A stretch of DNA of 64,000 bases from Octopus sinensis (GCF_006345805.1 NC_043007.1:8308001-8372000), one strand, 5' to 3'; shown: positions 14,731-27,345, counted from the first letter of the stretch. Made by a program: numbers and translations. Notes: generated by a model not told the origin, from the letters alone.

Positions 14731-15036
14731 ATAAAAATTAGAAAAAAACCACCTTTTATCAATTCAAAATCAACAATTAAATTACACCATCTAGAAAATT
14801 ACATATAATAAGAAATATTAAATATAAAATAACAACAACATACCTATGATTAAGTAAAATGCAAAATAATAATATAAACCAAATATATAAGTTTATATTA
14901 TTATTTTGCATTTTACTTAATCATCGGTATATTGTTATTTTATATTTAATATTTCTTATTATATGTAATTTTCTAGATGGTGTAATTTAATTGTTGATTT
15001 TGAATTGATAAAAGGTGGTTTTTTTCTAATTTTTAT
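14731..15036. repeat. Fold-back inverted repeat with about 147-bp arms and an 11-nt loop
   Basis: 14731-14879 is the reverse complement of 14891-15036, with a few mismatches and one 3-nt indel. Confidence 0.9.
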
Positions 15037-15109
15037 GTATATATTTACGGAGATGTACTTGCATAGCGAGTGACTTGATCTGAGATTGTGAGCTGGAATG
15101 AAAACAATT

Positions 15110-15249
15110 GCAGTGTGGAAGGTGTTTATAAGCCATTTAAGAAACACACAAAACTGTTAGATTCACTTCAACATTTAAATCTAATTGTTGAAGTGAATCT
15201 AACGGTTTTGTGTGTTTCTTAAATGGCTTATAAACACCTTCCACGCTGC
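15110..15249. repeat. Fold-back inverted repeat with 64-bp arms and a 12-nt loop
   Basis: 15110-15173 versus 15186-15249, two mismatches. Confidence 0.92.
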
Positions 15250-16924
15250 CATTTATATATATATATATTATATTTTCTGAAATTTGATTTGGTATTTCTA
15301 AATTGAATTTTTCCCTGTAAGTTAGGAATAATATTCCCTCAAATAATCATTATATATATATATATATATATATATGCGCACACACGTGTATGCTGCTGCC
15401 ACATAAAAAGCACCCAGTACACTTTGTAAAGTGGTTGGTGCATCTAGGGCATCCAACCATCAGAAACCATACCAGAACAGACAAAGGAGTTTGGTGTAGC
15501 CCCAGGCCTTACTAGCTGCCGTCAAGCCTTCAACCCATCCCAGCATGGAAAACAGGCATTAAATGATGATGATGGTGATAATGATGTGTGTGTGTTTCCT
15601 TGTCTGGACATTGTGTGATAGTTGTACAATAATAATTGCTATTGTCATAAAAAGCAGTGTCATTCATTTCCTGGCCATGGGTGGGGGTGGGGGATATTAC
15701 CTTGTCTGGAAGCAGGTGAGGGTTAGTGACAGGAAGGGCATTCAGCTGTAGGAAATCTGACTCAATAATTTCCATCCAACCCATGCAAACACAGAAAAGT
15801 GGTTATGATGATGATGATGAACTTGATGATGAAAGGAGGGTTACATGCAGAGGGGCCAGGAGTTCACATCTACAACAGGGCTGTTGTTGTGTTTCTGCGC
15901 AGAAAACCTTTGTTCTATATTTTGTCAAGGATTTTACTTTAGAGGTGCAGGCATGAATATAGAGTTAAGAAGTTCACTTTACAGCCACAGGATCTTGGGT
16001 TCAATCCCACTAGAACCTCAGACCAACCAAGGCCTTGTAAGTGTGTGTGTGTGGGGGGGTTATGTCTATGCTCCATAACTTAGACATTCAACAAACAGAG
16101 ACCAATGAAATAAATAGCTGAAGACTAAAGACTAAATACTGAGGTTGATATGATTGACTAGACCCTTTTGGAAGTGAAGCCCCAACATATCTGCAATGAC
16201 TGAAGCTAGTAAAAAAGGGTCAGTAGTAACAGACCACTTAGCAATGTTGAGCCTGATAGAACAGAGAGGGGGGTGAGGGAGAGGGAATGGGAGAGGAGGA
16301 GAGAAAGAGATAGGGAAGTAGGTGGAGGAGGGAGAGAGGAGATGGGAAATGGAGAGGGGGCAGAGATTGGAGGGGTAGGGAGAGGTAGAGGGTAGGGGAG
16401 AGAGAGGGAGGGAGGGAAGGAATAGAGGGAGAGAGACAGACAGAATCATTTTTCATAAACTATGCATCATGAATCTTCAGGTTTAAAACCTTGACAAGCC
16501 TTATTGGACCTTTGGGGAAATTCCTTTTACTTTACTTCACAGGGCTCTTTAGTTTTGCCAAAGAGATGACCTCTTCCTGGTGCTCGTAGAAAAAAGTACC
16601 CAGTGCACCCTGCAAGGTGGTTGGTGTTAGGAAAGGCATCATCAAGCCAAAACCGAAATACATGAGTGAGATGCTGTGCTCCAACCCATCTAGGTGAGTA
16701 GTATCTCAAAGTATGTACTGATTCCAACCATGGCAACCTGTCCAATCCACTCCAGCATGGAGAAAGGGTGTAAAATAATGCTGATAAGGTTTATCTTATA
16801 TATTTATACATTCCAAAATTAAATTCAACATTTGCACCTTGAGACCATTCACATTTAGTAGAAACTGTCTTTGAGGTACAAAACATTTTAGAGAAATCCG
16901 TACCACTAAATTTAGCCTGTTGGA

Positions 16925-17153
16925 ATAAATCAATCCGAAACTGCCCCTGGGTCTGCAATACAAACTTCCTGTTTTGCAAAGTGATCTGAATGTAAACCTT
17001 CCATCAATATTTCAGGTTAGTTTCTACTAAACATTAGCTTAAATAATGATAAAGTTATTTTGCAAAACTTTTCATCATCACCACCATTATTTTCAAAATT
17101 AATTGTAACAAATACAGTGTATTTCAACAGAAATACGGTAACAAAAGGGTTGA
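16925..17153. mobile_element. piggyBac-type MITE remnant
   Basis: Ends in GGTAACAAAAGGG-TT(G)A, like the TTAA-flanked ends at 47104 and 62900. Internal similarity to 62690-62904. Left boundary approximate. Confidence 0.55.
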
Positions 17154-17178
17154 CATTAGCAAGATAAAATCCACTCAC

Positions 17179-17948
17179 GTTCTGTATAAGCTGTCCTCGG
17201 TGGATGAAACATTTTAAAGAAATCAGAACAGGGCTCTGATGAATTGATAAAGTTGTTTGGTTGTTTCAGTTTCCATGGTCGTCCAGAATCTAAATGACCA
17301 GGAAGAGATTCCGTGCTACAATGAGCTTGGATAGGACTGTCACGCCTGCGGTGCAAGGCAGAACTGCTTCTGTGTCTAATGGCAAATGGGCCTGGATCAA
17401 TGGAGCAAAGCTCGTAAAAGTCCTGAGAGCTACGAGTCTTCAGACAGTTGCTGGCTAAGCCCTGTAACAAATGATTTTTATAGCTGGCACACTTGGGGGG
17501 TAAAACAGCACGAGACTGTTGCTTTCCTTTGCAACCGACTCGATATTCAACAATTGGGGATCTAAAATCATCTGCTTTCATATTGGAACCATCTGGTTCC
17601 TTATTGGAACCATCTGGTTCCTTATTGGAACCATCTGTTTCCATATTGGAACCATCTGTTTCCATATTGGAACTGTCTGCTTCCATATTGGAACCATCTG
17701 GTTCCTTAATGGAATCGTCTTCCTCATCAGACAGTGCAGTGAGATCAATGTAAATCGGTTCCTTATTGGCAGCCGTTGATATGGCATCAACGACAATGCA
17801 TTCACTGTCTTTAATTTCAAAAATGTCATTACAACGAGCACCAGAAGAATTATAATGGTTGGATGACGAAGCTTTCGGTGAATTAGATTCCACTACAATT
17901 TCATCATTAATGCCATCAGATTGGTTGTTAGATGTAGTCATGTCTTTA
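17179..17948 (-). CDS. angel: Large N-terminal Angel exon (acidic, low-complexity; first in-exon ATG at 17941)
   Basis: Open frame across the exon. ttccAG acceptor at 17949-17950 and GTGAGT donor at 17177-17178 in phase 1, giving YTE-R-QKKF in frame with exon 6789-7018. Family assignment rests on splicing, not on motifs. Confidence 0.75.
17580..17711 (-). repeat. 21-bp coding minisatellite (about 6 units) encoding (K/M)E(P/T/A)DGSN
   Basis: Units such as ATATTGGAACCATCTGGTTCC repeated in tandem. Confidence 0.9.
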
Positions 17949-18301
17949 CTGGAATGGAAGAAGAATGGGAAAAGATTATGTTAGCATTGGTCTCTAACTC
18001 AACATGGAGATACAAAAAAAAAGACTGATTGATCAAAACTATACGAGAATTATAAAATACTGAATTCTTTGAATATAACAAAATAAAATCTAATCACAGA
18101 GAAATTTTACAGCATTTAAATTATGTTTTCCCTCTCTTTTAGGTGCAGGCATGATTGTAGAATTAAGAAAACTGCTTTCCTGCCATGTGGCATTCTGCTC
18201 TACAGCATGGCACCTCAGGTGATCCCCTTCCATGTAGTACTAAGACAACCAAAGCCTTGTGAGTGGATTTCATAGATGGAAACTAAAAGAAGCCTGTCAT
18301 A

Positions 18302-18343
<42 letters not shown>

Positions 18344-19225
18344 AATCATCATTGTCATCGTTGTTTAACATCTGCTTTCCATGCTGGCATGGGTTGGACG
18401 GTTTGACTGAGAACTAGTGAGCCAGAAGGCTGTACCAGGCTCCAATCTGATATGGCAGAGTTTCTACAGCTGGATGCCCTTCCTAACGCCAACCACTCCG
18501 AGAGTGTAGTGGGTGCTTTTATGTGCCACTGGCACGAAGGCCAGTCAGGCAGTTCTGGCAACAACCATGCTCAAAAGGTTTTTTTACATGCTACCTGCAC
18601 GGGAGCCAGTCTGGCGGCACTGGCAATGACCACGCTCGAATGTTACATACATGTAAACATACATACTTATATATTCTGGCACTGCTCTGGTTACAAGTGT
18701 TCCAGTTGATCCGATCAATGGAACAACCTGCTCATGAAATTAACATGCAAGTGGCTGAGCACTCCACAGACACTGTAACATAGCTGACGGGGAGATTCAG
18801 CATGGGACACAGAAGGGGACAAGACTGATACCTTTCAATTACTGGTACAACTGATTTTGCCAGCTGAGTGGACTGATGCAATATGAAACAAAGTGCCTTG
18901 CTCAAGGACACACTGCACTGCCAGGAATCGAACCCACGACCTTACGTTTGTAAGCCAATTACCCTAACCACTAAGCTACACACCTTCACATACCTATAAA
19001 TATACGAGCATGGGCATGGCTATATTTTTGTATCTGTTTGTAAACAAGTGCCACCATCATACAATATTACTTTGCTTAGAAATGGGTGACTGTTGGTGAC
19101 AGGAAAGGCACTCAGCCACAGAAAGTTTGCCTCAATGAAATCCATCTAACCCATGAAAGCAGGGAAAAGTGGATGTTAAAACAATGATAATGTACTCAAT
19201 AGAATAATATTTTCTCTTTTATTAA

Positions 19226-19440
19226 AGCGGTGAGCTGGCAGAATGGTTAGCATGCCGAGCAAAATGCTTAGCAGTATTTCATCTATCTTTACTTTCTGAG
19301 TTCAAATTCCATCAAGCTCAACTTTGCCTTTCATCCTTTCAGGGTCAATAAATTAAGTCCCAGTTGTGTACTGGGGTCAATCTAATCGAATCCCCACTCC
19401 CCAAAATTTCGGGCCTTGCACCTAGAGTAGAAAAGAATAT
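19226..19440 (+). mobile_element. tRNA-related SINE (GCGGTGAGCTGGCAGAA...GAGTTCAAATTCC family)
   Basis: Same family at about 6470-6680 (-), 36893, 53484 and degenerate at about 21605. Confidence 0.75.
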
Positions 19441-22400
19441 TTTCTAATACAGTTCTATATTTAAGAGATGAGGAATTATGTACATTATTTACATTTGATG
19501 GATATTTGTCCTCATCTTGTTTGTTGTTAATATGTTTTGGCTGACATACCCTTCAGCCTTCATCAGGTGTCTGGAGGGAATTTCTCTTTTATTCTAATGC
19601 CAACTGAAAGTTTTGGGGTCCTTGAGTATGCATTCCATTGTCATTTTTAGACATTATGTTCTTTTATATTTTTTAAACAGTCGTTAATCAAGGCTTCGTC
19701 TTCTGGGGTAGTAGTGAGAGACATTAGCCACATCAATGGCAGCCAGTTGAGGATATGCCCCACTCTCTCTGCCATGAATCTCAGTGGAAATTTTGTAAAC
19801 AATAACACAGAGTTTGAAAAAAAAATAAAACTGAATAAAAAAATAAATACATTTGAATGAGTAGCTGTGGCAGAGAATCAAAGAAAAATAAATGATATTG
19901 CCAATTATGTTGTTAGTAATTTTGCTGGGTCAGTATGCAGGAAAAAAGAAAGAACATGAGAGAAATTTGTGACAAGGGTCAGTGCTTCGTTCCCTGAAGA
20001 ATAACATCCAGGAATGGGCAAAGAGCAAAGCGATATATTTCAGTCTACCAAAAACAGAAGCTGGCATGCTTCCATATACTGATATAAGAATTGGTAGAAA
20101 CCCTGGATGGTGTCTTTCACAATATGTATTCCTCAGAATTGAGTGTGACAGACTGGAGTGTATGCATGGTCTTTAAGACCAATGAAGAGTTAAGGTCACG
20201 AGTGGAGTGCAAGCAAAGACCAAAACAACTAAACAGAACAGGAAAAATTCCAAAACAACTTATACGACCAAGGAAACAAACAAAGGAGTACACCAATCAA
20301 CCAACTGACAAACTATGTGATTACAACAACAGCAGCAAAGCAAGTGGAGATTCCTGAAATGGATAGAGTCAAATACAGGAGAAACGGCACACGACTACTA
20401 TTCATAACTAAGAGAAAGCAGGGCATAGATATGATGTTAATGCAGGAGTTCTCAAGCTTAGTCACCCAGTATATCTGTTCTGAAGAATATAATGTAAAAT
20501 GGTTAGATGCCAAAGAAGAGACAACAGAGATGAATTATTTGTTATTAATTTAATTTAAAGAGTTCAGATCCCACAGTGGTCAGATTTACCTTGCATCCTT
20601 CTGAAGCCTATAAAATAAAGTACCAACCAAGTACTGAGGTTCTTATGATTGCATGTCCCACCCTCGCACCAAAAATTCTAGCTTTATACTATATAAGAAA
20701 TCAATTTCATTTAATGTTACACTTTTAATGAGATGAATGAATTTGGCTCTTTCGAGCAAATAACACAATTCCCATCACGATTTGGGAGAGGCACACATAG
20801 GTATCATTTTCAATTAACGGTCGAGACTGTTAATTTGTTGTTCGTTATAAACATTGCTTGGAACGTTGTTCACAAGAACAAACAGAAAGAGCAAAAGACT
20901 CTCCACACACTTCCTAAAGACATGTGATTTACTTGATTATGAGGAATCACTTCAAAAGCCCAGGGATTTTACAGACCATGTGTACCCACTAAGAGGTACA
21001 CATTCACCCGTTTGAGAATTTTTGCATTGTTATCAACAGAGATAAAGCAGCTTTCTGATTTGACACTTTTCTAGTAACTGTTAATGAGTAAGATGTATGA
21101 TCAAAGGCACTCCAAACATGACCACCCATCCTTTTATTTTTCACAGTTTATCTAGTAATCTATTACTCAAAGAATCCTTCCTTTATTTATGATTGAAGCA
21201 TAATTTAACTACTATTTCTCCAATTTGATCAGAGCCACATACATGTAGCCTCATCAGACCATTTAAGACAGAAGTCTTCGAAACAGGGAGATCACAATCA
21301 TCATCATTTCCTAGTACAATACAAGAAAAGTGCACTTTATACTGTGAACTACTTAAACATACCAGTCAAACGACAACTTTGTTCATCCCTGACAACATTC
21401 AGTGTAGAGCCCTTGGCTTATTCCTACATTAATTGCTATCGGATAAAATCCTACAATCAAACATATCTACTCCACTTTTCTTTTTTTCTTCATTTATAAA
21501 AATAGTGTAGCTTTTGAACCCAAACTCGTATTCAAAGTGCCAGGTCACATCGACCCTTTGATCAGTCCTTTAGAACGAATGAAACCAGCAACAATAATAT
21601 TTGAGGCAGTGAAGTGGCAGAGTGATTGAAGCAACAGAGAAAATGCGATACAATAGTTTTTTCTAACTCTCTGTGGTCTGAGTTCAAATTCTACAGAAGT
21701 AAACTTTAATTTTCATCCTCTTCAGGGATTGAAATAAAAAAGACCAGTTCCATGCAGCAATTGATTCGTTTTTTTTTCTCCCTGGGAAAAACCAGATGCA
21801 GTCAGACATGGATAGTAGTAGGCTCTACAAGACATGCCCTACATTAAGATGGTGCCACTATGACTCCCTCAGGAGTTGAGGGCCCATGGAAGGACAAAGC
21901 AATTGTCATGGCTGACATAGGTCAGAGGAGTCAAACAATCTCCACTGACTTAGATGTCCAATAAATGCTACATCATTCCAACAATAACCAATAAGGGCCT
22001 TCAAGACAGTTGTAGCTAAGTCTGGGAGAGAAATGGTTCACACTATAACTATAAAAGAAATGTGAGCAGGGGTTTATAGAAGTAGAAGTGGTGGCCATAT
22101 TCAGGGCTGCTGTTTAAACTCAAGGACAACCTTCATTGAGCAACTCTATAATGAAAGGAATTGCAACAATAGACATCTTTTCTTTGGGCACCTGGCGTCT
22201 AAGGCATCATTATCGACTGCATTGTTCTATTTGAGGGAGATTTAGCTGCTGTTCCTAGCAATTACAGCGACCACGTTAAGGCTCTCTCGCCGGTTTGAGA
22301 TCCCTTCCATACACAAACTTTAGGAAACAATATCAAACAGACATTTGAAACCTTGAAAAACAAAAATGAATACCAGTAATAAACTTAGGTTAATTGACTG

Positions 22401-22482
22401 TATCCCTTCCACTAAAATCAAAAATTTGCTGTAGGCCCATGTAAAAATCACCGCACATGGATTTGTTTACATCAATATTTAC

Positions 22483-22602
22483 AATGGACTTGTGCGTTTC
22501 AGAGAGAAGTTTCTTGAATATAAACAGAGAAAGCCACCACAATACAGAATGTACATAGAATACAATGTCCGAGAAGCATTCCAGTGGATTTTACCAATCG
22601 GT
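22483..22602 (-). CDS. Candidate alternative or cassette 5' exon of Angel (RPIGKIHWNASRTLYSMYILYCGGFLCLYSRNFSLKRTSPF)
   Basis: Open frame of 120 bp. AAG acceptor at 22603-22604 and GTAAAT donor at 22481-22482, both phase 2, which matches the acceptor at 17949. No homology check was possible. Confidence 0.3.
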
Positions 22603-22880
22603 CTTGCACACAGAAATAAATTCAATCTCGTATTCAGTGGATTTTTTTTTCTCCAAACTTTCAGGTGCAAAACGGATTAATAAAATCGGCTAAAATGGAT
22701 CTGTAATACTTTATTGTATAACTATTAATACACCCACTCTGTTGACAAAAATACGAATGCCTCTTACTTCTAACATGTATTAGATGAAGATTATATATAT
22801 ATATATTAATATTATATGGAGGGTACTACTATTTCACGCTAACTACTGATAATTTCTTATAAAGATTTTATCCTCAATTT

Positions 22881-22926
<46 letters not shown>

Positions 22927-23009
22927 AATAAGAAAATGGAGGAACAGATTCCTTTCAATCATCAACTTACAGATATCCCATAGTGGGTTACACTCATAAC
23001 TCCTATCTC

Positions 23010-23071
<62 letters not shown>

Positions 23072-24339
23072 ATATCGCTTAAACTTCAAGTATTAAAAAA
23101 CTCTGATCTGTTCTGCTCACACGTTATAAAGTGTGGACAAATTTGGAAAACTGAAAAAGCGATCAGTGAAAAGACTTTAATAAATTTGGTGACATTTGAC
23201 CTCAAAGTCGTTTTCTGCCGAAAGAACAGAAGAATAATAAAACTATAAAATCATACAAAACTTTTAAACAACAAAACAAAATACAAATCTCAGTCGTTTC
23301 ATCGCAGACGAATTAAATGAAAAGATCTGCTTTCTTCATTTTGTTTTCTTCCCTAAACTCCAAAAAGAATTTAATAAAAATAATGGATATTTGTTTGTTA
23401 GGCAGAAAAGCAATTTTCTAAAATGTTGGCTGGAATCGAAAATATTAAGTCTGGAATCAGACTTGATATCAATTAGTGTTTATTCTATGAGCAGGGAACG
23501 AATAATTTGTTGGAATGGGATGGAATTGAAACCTGGTCAGAAATAATAAAAGAAGCGACCCAAATACGGTAAAAGTGTCGTCGAGGCCCAGAAGCGGGTC
23601 AGACCTCATCACCAGCACCTGATGGAATATATTGGATCGAAGGCGAAGTTCTGTGGCAACAAATTGGATCGATGGGTTTGGAGATTTTAAAATCAGTCTT
23701 AAATATTTATTTCAATAATTTTAGGTCGTAAACTCAAAAACACAAACTAAAAGCAACCAAACAGGCAGCACTTTGCACATTTCAATATGTTTGGAGGTAT
23801 TTTAAACAATATTTGGTTTATGCTTTAAAAGCATCATTAAATAAACAGAGGTCGGACCCAGGATTAATTGGCGAAGAAGAATTCCTCTTTTATTTCTTTG
23901 GAGTTTAAAGACATTTCTATTGTATTTTTTTTTTTACTAGTTTTACTTTGTATAATGTATTCTTTTCATCTTCTTAGAATTTACGGCCGTAATGTAAAGG
24001 ATCTGCTTAGAATATAATTGTTTGTTGAGAAGGAAAATGTGAGAAATAAAGGGAAAACGAATGCAACGTACGTCTTTTGAGATCGGCGCCAGTTTTTGGC
24101 GAACCAGGTGAGAAGATGCAACATTTAGGGAAGGATGCTAAGGCAGAAGGGTGAAGGTTTTAATAGAGATCGTTGCAGAAGGAGTTGAAGATTATGGCTG
24201 GCCACAGCAGTTGTGCAATTATCCTACCTGAAAACAGTTTTAAGAAGAAATCAAAACTCCGTCAGTATTTTCCATCTTGGTAAGAATCTCGACCGGAAGT
24301 TAGGGAATCGCCATGCAAGGGAGGCGACTCTCGCTTCCA

Positions 24340-24433
24340 GCTCGAACGATTGACTCTCGCTTGGTCGCTCGAACGATTGACTCTTGACTCCTGGTCGCTC
24401 GAACCTGTGACTCTTGCCTGGTCGCCCGAACGA
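24340..24433. repeat. Short tandem repeat with 27/30/27-bp units (GCTCGAACGATTGACTCT...TGGTC)
   Basis: Direct reading; about 3.3 units in a CpG-containing, non-transposon-like stretch. Confidence 0.85.
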
Positions 24434-24998
24434 CCGACAAGAAATCTTACGGAAACCTCTCTCTTCGAACTGCACCCTACTGTCTTAAAGAAGGTGCAAT
24501 GGATTTCGTTGTTCTTGGTATCTTGTCTTGAGAAAAGACGAAATGAACCACAGCTGTTTGTATACGAAAACGACAGAGAAAGGATTAGCAATGATTTCTG
24601 CGCATCGATGACTCAAACCACGGAAGTATTCCGCATTACATAAAGAAAACAGATAAAGAACGAACCAACGTTTTTAAAAACGCTAGAAATATATGTCAAA
24701 TCTCCCCCAAATCCCATCTTCCCAGTAAAAACCAAGAATAAAAATGTCACATGGAATAATATAGTCCTGGATACACTTTGTCTAAAAGATAAGATAAAAA
24801 ACAACAACATAAACAATAGATTTGTGCAACTTCTTTTAATCGCAGACGAAGAAATGGAACTTTTTTTATTAAACCGTAAGAGTAAATTCGTTTGCTTAAC
24901 CATTTCAATAAATACCTCGAGTTAAAAACAAACAATACTATAATTTAACATTTATTTGGCAGTTTTGTTAGGTTTTTAATATCTGTTAAAATTCCTAC

Positions 24999-25093
24999 CT
25001 CAAGTTTTCTATTTTGGATAAAACAACAGGCGGTTGACTCCTCTCACTCGAAACATAATCTCTGTTTTTCAGTGAATTGGGACAGATCATCAT
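24999..25093 (-). CDS. Candidate first coding exon of Angel (MMICPNSLKNRDYVSSERSQPPVVLSKIENLS)
   Basis: ATG at 25093 is open to a GAG|GTAGGA donor at 24997-24998 in phase 2, compatible with the acceptors at 22603 and 17949. Inference only. Confidence 0.3.
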
Positions 25094-25163
25094 AAAGCTT
25101 TTTTAATTCATCATAAACCAGCTGCTTCAAGTCACGGATTGCCAGTTTTACCATTTAAAAGAA

Positions 25164-25502
25164 ATGGATGAAAGTAACTCTGATAAATCTACAAAGAAAT
25201 TCGTTTGCGAAGTGTGTCATTTCTCAGCTAATTACCAATATGTTGGCGACAAACCACCAAAATGCAAATCTGTTACACTGAAAGAGAAAATGTATATTAC
25301 GAACGATCCGTTTTCATCGAATGAGGAAAACTCATTCATTGTTCTCGGTTCCCATTGCATTTACTGTAATATTGCTGTATGCGCGGACAGTAAATGTAGT
25401 TTTTATTACAATGGACGCTTCTGTTTGAATTGTTGCTCTACATTTATCTCAGAATTCCCCATTGAAGTACAACAGGAAATTAGGAAGAAAATGAACACTT
25501 GA
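25164..25502 (+). CDS. CDPF1: Cysteine-rich DPF motif domain-containing protein 1 (112 aa, single coding exon)
   Basis: FxCxxC, YxGxKPP, the DPF motif (NDPFSS), VLGSHCxxC..VC, CSFYYxxRFCLxC and FPxE pattern of the CDPF1/C22orf40 family. Confidence 0.93.
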   Translation: MDESNSDKSTKKFVCEVCHFSANYQYVGDKPPKCKSVTLKEKMYITNDPFSSNEENSFIVLGSHCIYCNIAVCADSKCSFYYNGRFCLNCCSTFISEFPIEVQQEIRKKMNT

Positions 25503-27345
25503 CTATGAAAAGCAACTTGGGTCATAAAACGAATTAGAAAATGACCGGGTTGCCTGACTGATTTTGCAGTGGCTTTTGAAAATAGCCGTAGAAGAAACTG
25601 AGGTTTAACCAAAGAAACTGTTGGCGATGTAGTTTTGAAACCGTTTGATAAGACCTATGAGAGGGTCAAGAATACCAACAAAGACTTCGGATCGTACCAA
25701 CAGTATTCCATATATATATAATATTATCAATGTTACGCTGACAATTTTTGATAAAGTTTTGACAATAATAATTGCGGTCGAGCGTCGAGTTAAAGTTCAC
25801 CAAGTTGATGTTTAAAATATGCTGCCTTTTCACATCTTCTCATGTACAACATATTATACATCGACTTAATAATTCCTCACCACTCTGCTGAATACGGTGA
25901 AGTCTGACTCGCTAAGGAGGTCATATGTGGAAACCTGTTTGGAGTTATTTCCCGTACTTATTAAAATACCAGATTATTAAACTGATGTTGTCCTTTCCTC
26001 CTCACGTAATTATTTTTCATTAGCGTTTTGATACTCATTGCAGTCAACCTGACTTAACTATGTACAATTTCATTCATCTTCTTCCTTATAAATAATATTC
26101 AAACTTTTCACAAATCAGTAAAAATAAAAAGTAATCAATGATCCGAGTTTGTGCGTTTGTATTCGTTCTGTCAACTGCAGAAGATAGGCAGATTTGAACC
26201 GGTAGAGCATCCGACATTTAATAACGTTCAGCAAAATTTCATTGAGGCTCACTTGGCCTGTCATCTTTTTGTTTAGCTGTTTAGCTCAGATTTCGCTTTG
26301 CAACCTCGTGGTTCTGGTTTCGAACCTATTGCACGATATCTTGGACAAATGTTTGTTTTGTTTTGTTATTTTACTATACCACTTGTAGGCGGAACCCATC
26401 TGGTCAAACTAAAGGGTTTGACCCGAGGAAAAAATAGTGTAATAGGTGTAAAACAACTTTGCTCTAAACGAATATGAAAAAGAAAATGCGAACGGAGAGA
26501 GGACTCGGAAAGTTCACATCGTGAATGTTCCGAGTCGTCTCACCACAGCCAAAATTTAAAAAAAATTAACTAGTGTAATAGGTGTACAACAACAAACATA
26601 GTAAACGAATATGAAGAAAAAATATGCGCTGGCGAACGTGGGGTGTATATGCATACACACACACATATGTCTTTGTGATTTGCATACGATGTACATATGG
26701 AGAGAGTAGGCTAGAAATAATTATATATAAATAGATATATACATATGAGAGGGAAACCACTATGTATTTGTTTTGTTTTGGAGAGAATTATATAAAGCTT
26801 TCACTTTATTTTATTATAGTAGTAACTATGGAAGACTGGTGGGATTATTATTTGTATGGACTTAAAGATTGGTTGTGATTTAGTATGTAATTTAGTTATT
26901 GAAGGTTTACTATTAATACCGATACAGACGTACATAGGTAAATGTGTTTAAGAGTTATGGTTTCTTTGATATGTTTGCTCCCAAACAACACTTATTTTAG
27001 TGCTTTTGACACTGCTGGATTGTATGGTACTACCCAGGTGTCAAAACCATAATGATATCCGTGGGGCAGCTGATGATGGAGATATGTTGGATTGTTGGTA
27101 TGGCTGTTTTTATCTATATCGAATAGTATTATAACACAACCTTCTATATGGTGCTCTCCTTGCAGAATTGCTCTTTCTTAGTGTAAGTTCTTAAATAACT
27201 TTTGAGCCCTGAAAGACATTTAAAGTGCTTGTTGCCTGAGATCAGCTGCTCAGTGATGATAGACTTTGAGCATCTGAGTCACTGTTGTCGAAATGGATAA
27301 CTCAGTCATCATTATTTTATGAACATTATATTATAGGTGCATGCG

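Noticed and set aside
24251-24903. ORFs 24262-24591, 24251-24475 and 24613-24903 as Angel coding exons
   Set aside because: No donor gives an open, phase-2 join to the exon at 17948. The strong donor at 24450 has an upstream stop in the required frame.
25009-25056. MFRVRGVNRLLFYPK* as an Angel mitochondrial leader broken by a homopolymer error
   Set aside because: It needs an unproven 1-bp insertion, and another frame is already open to the same donor.
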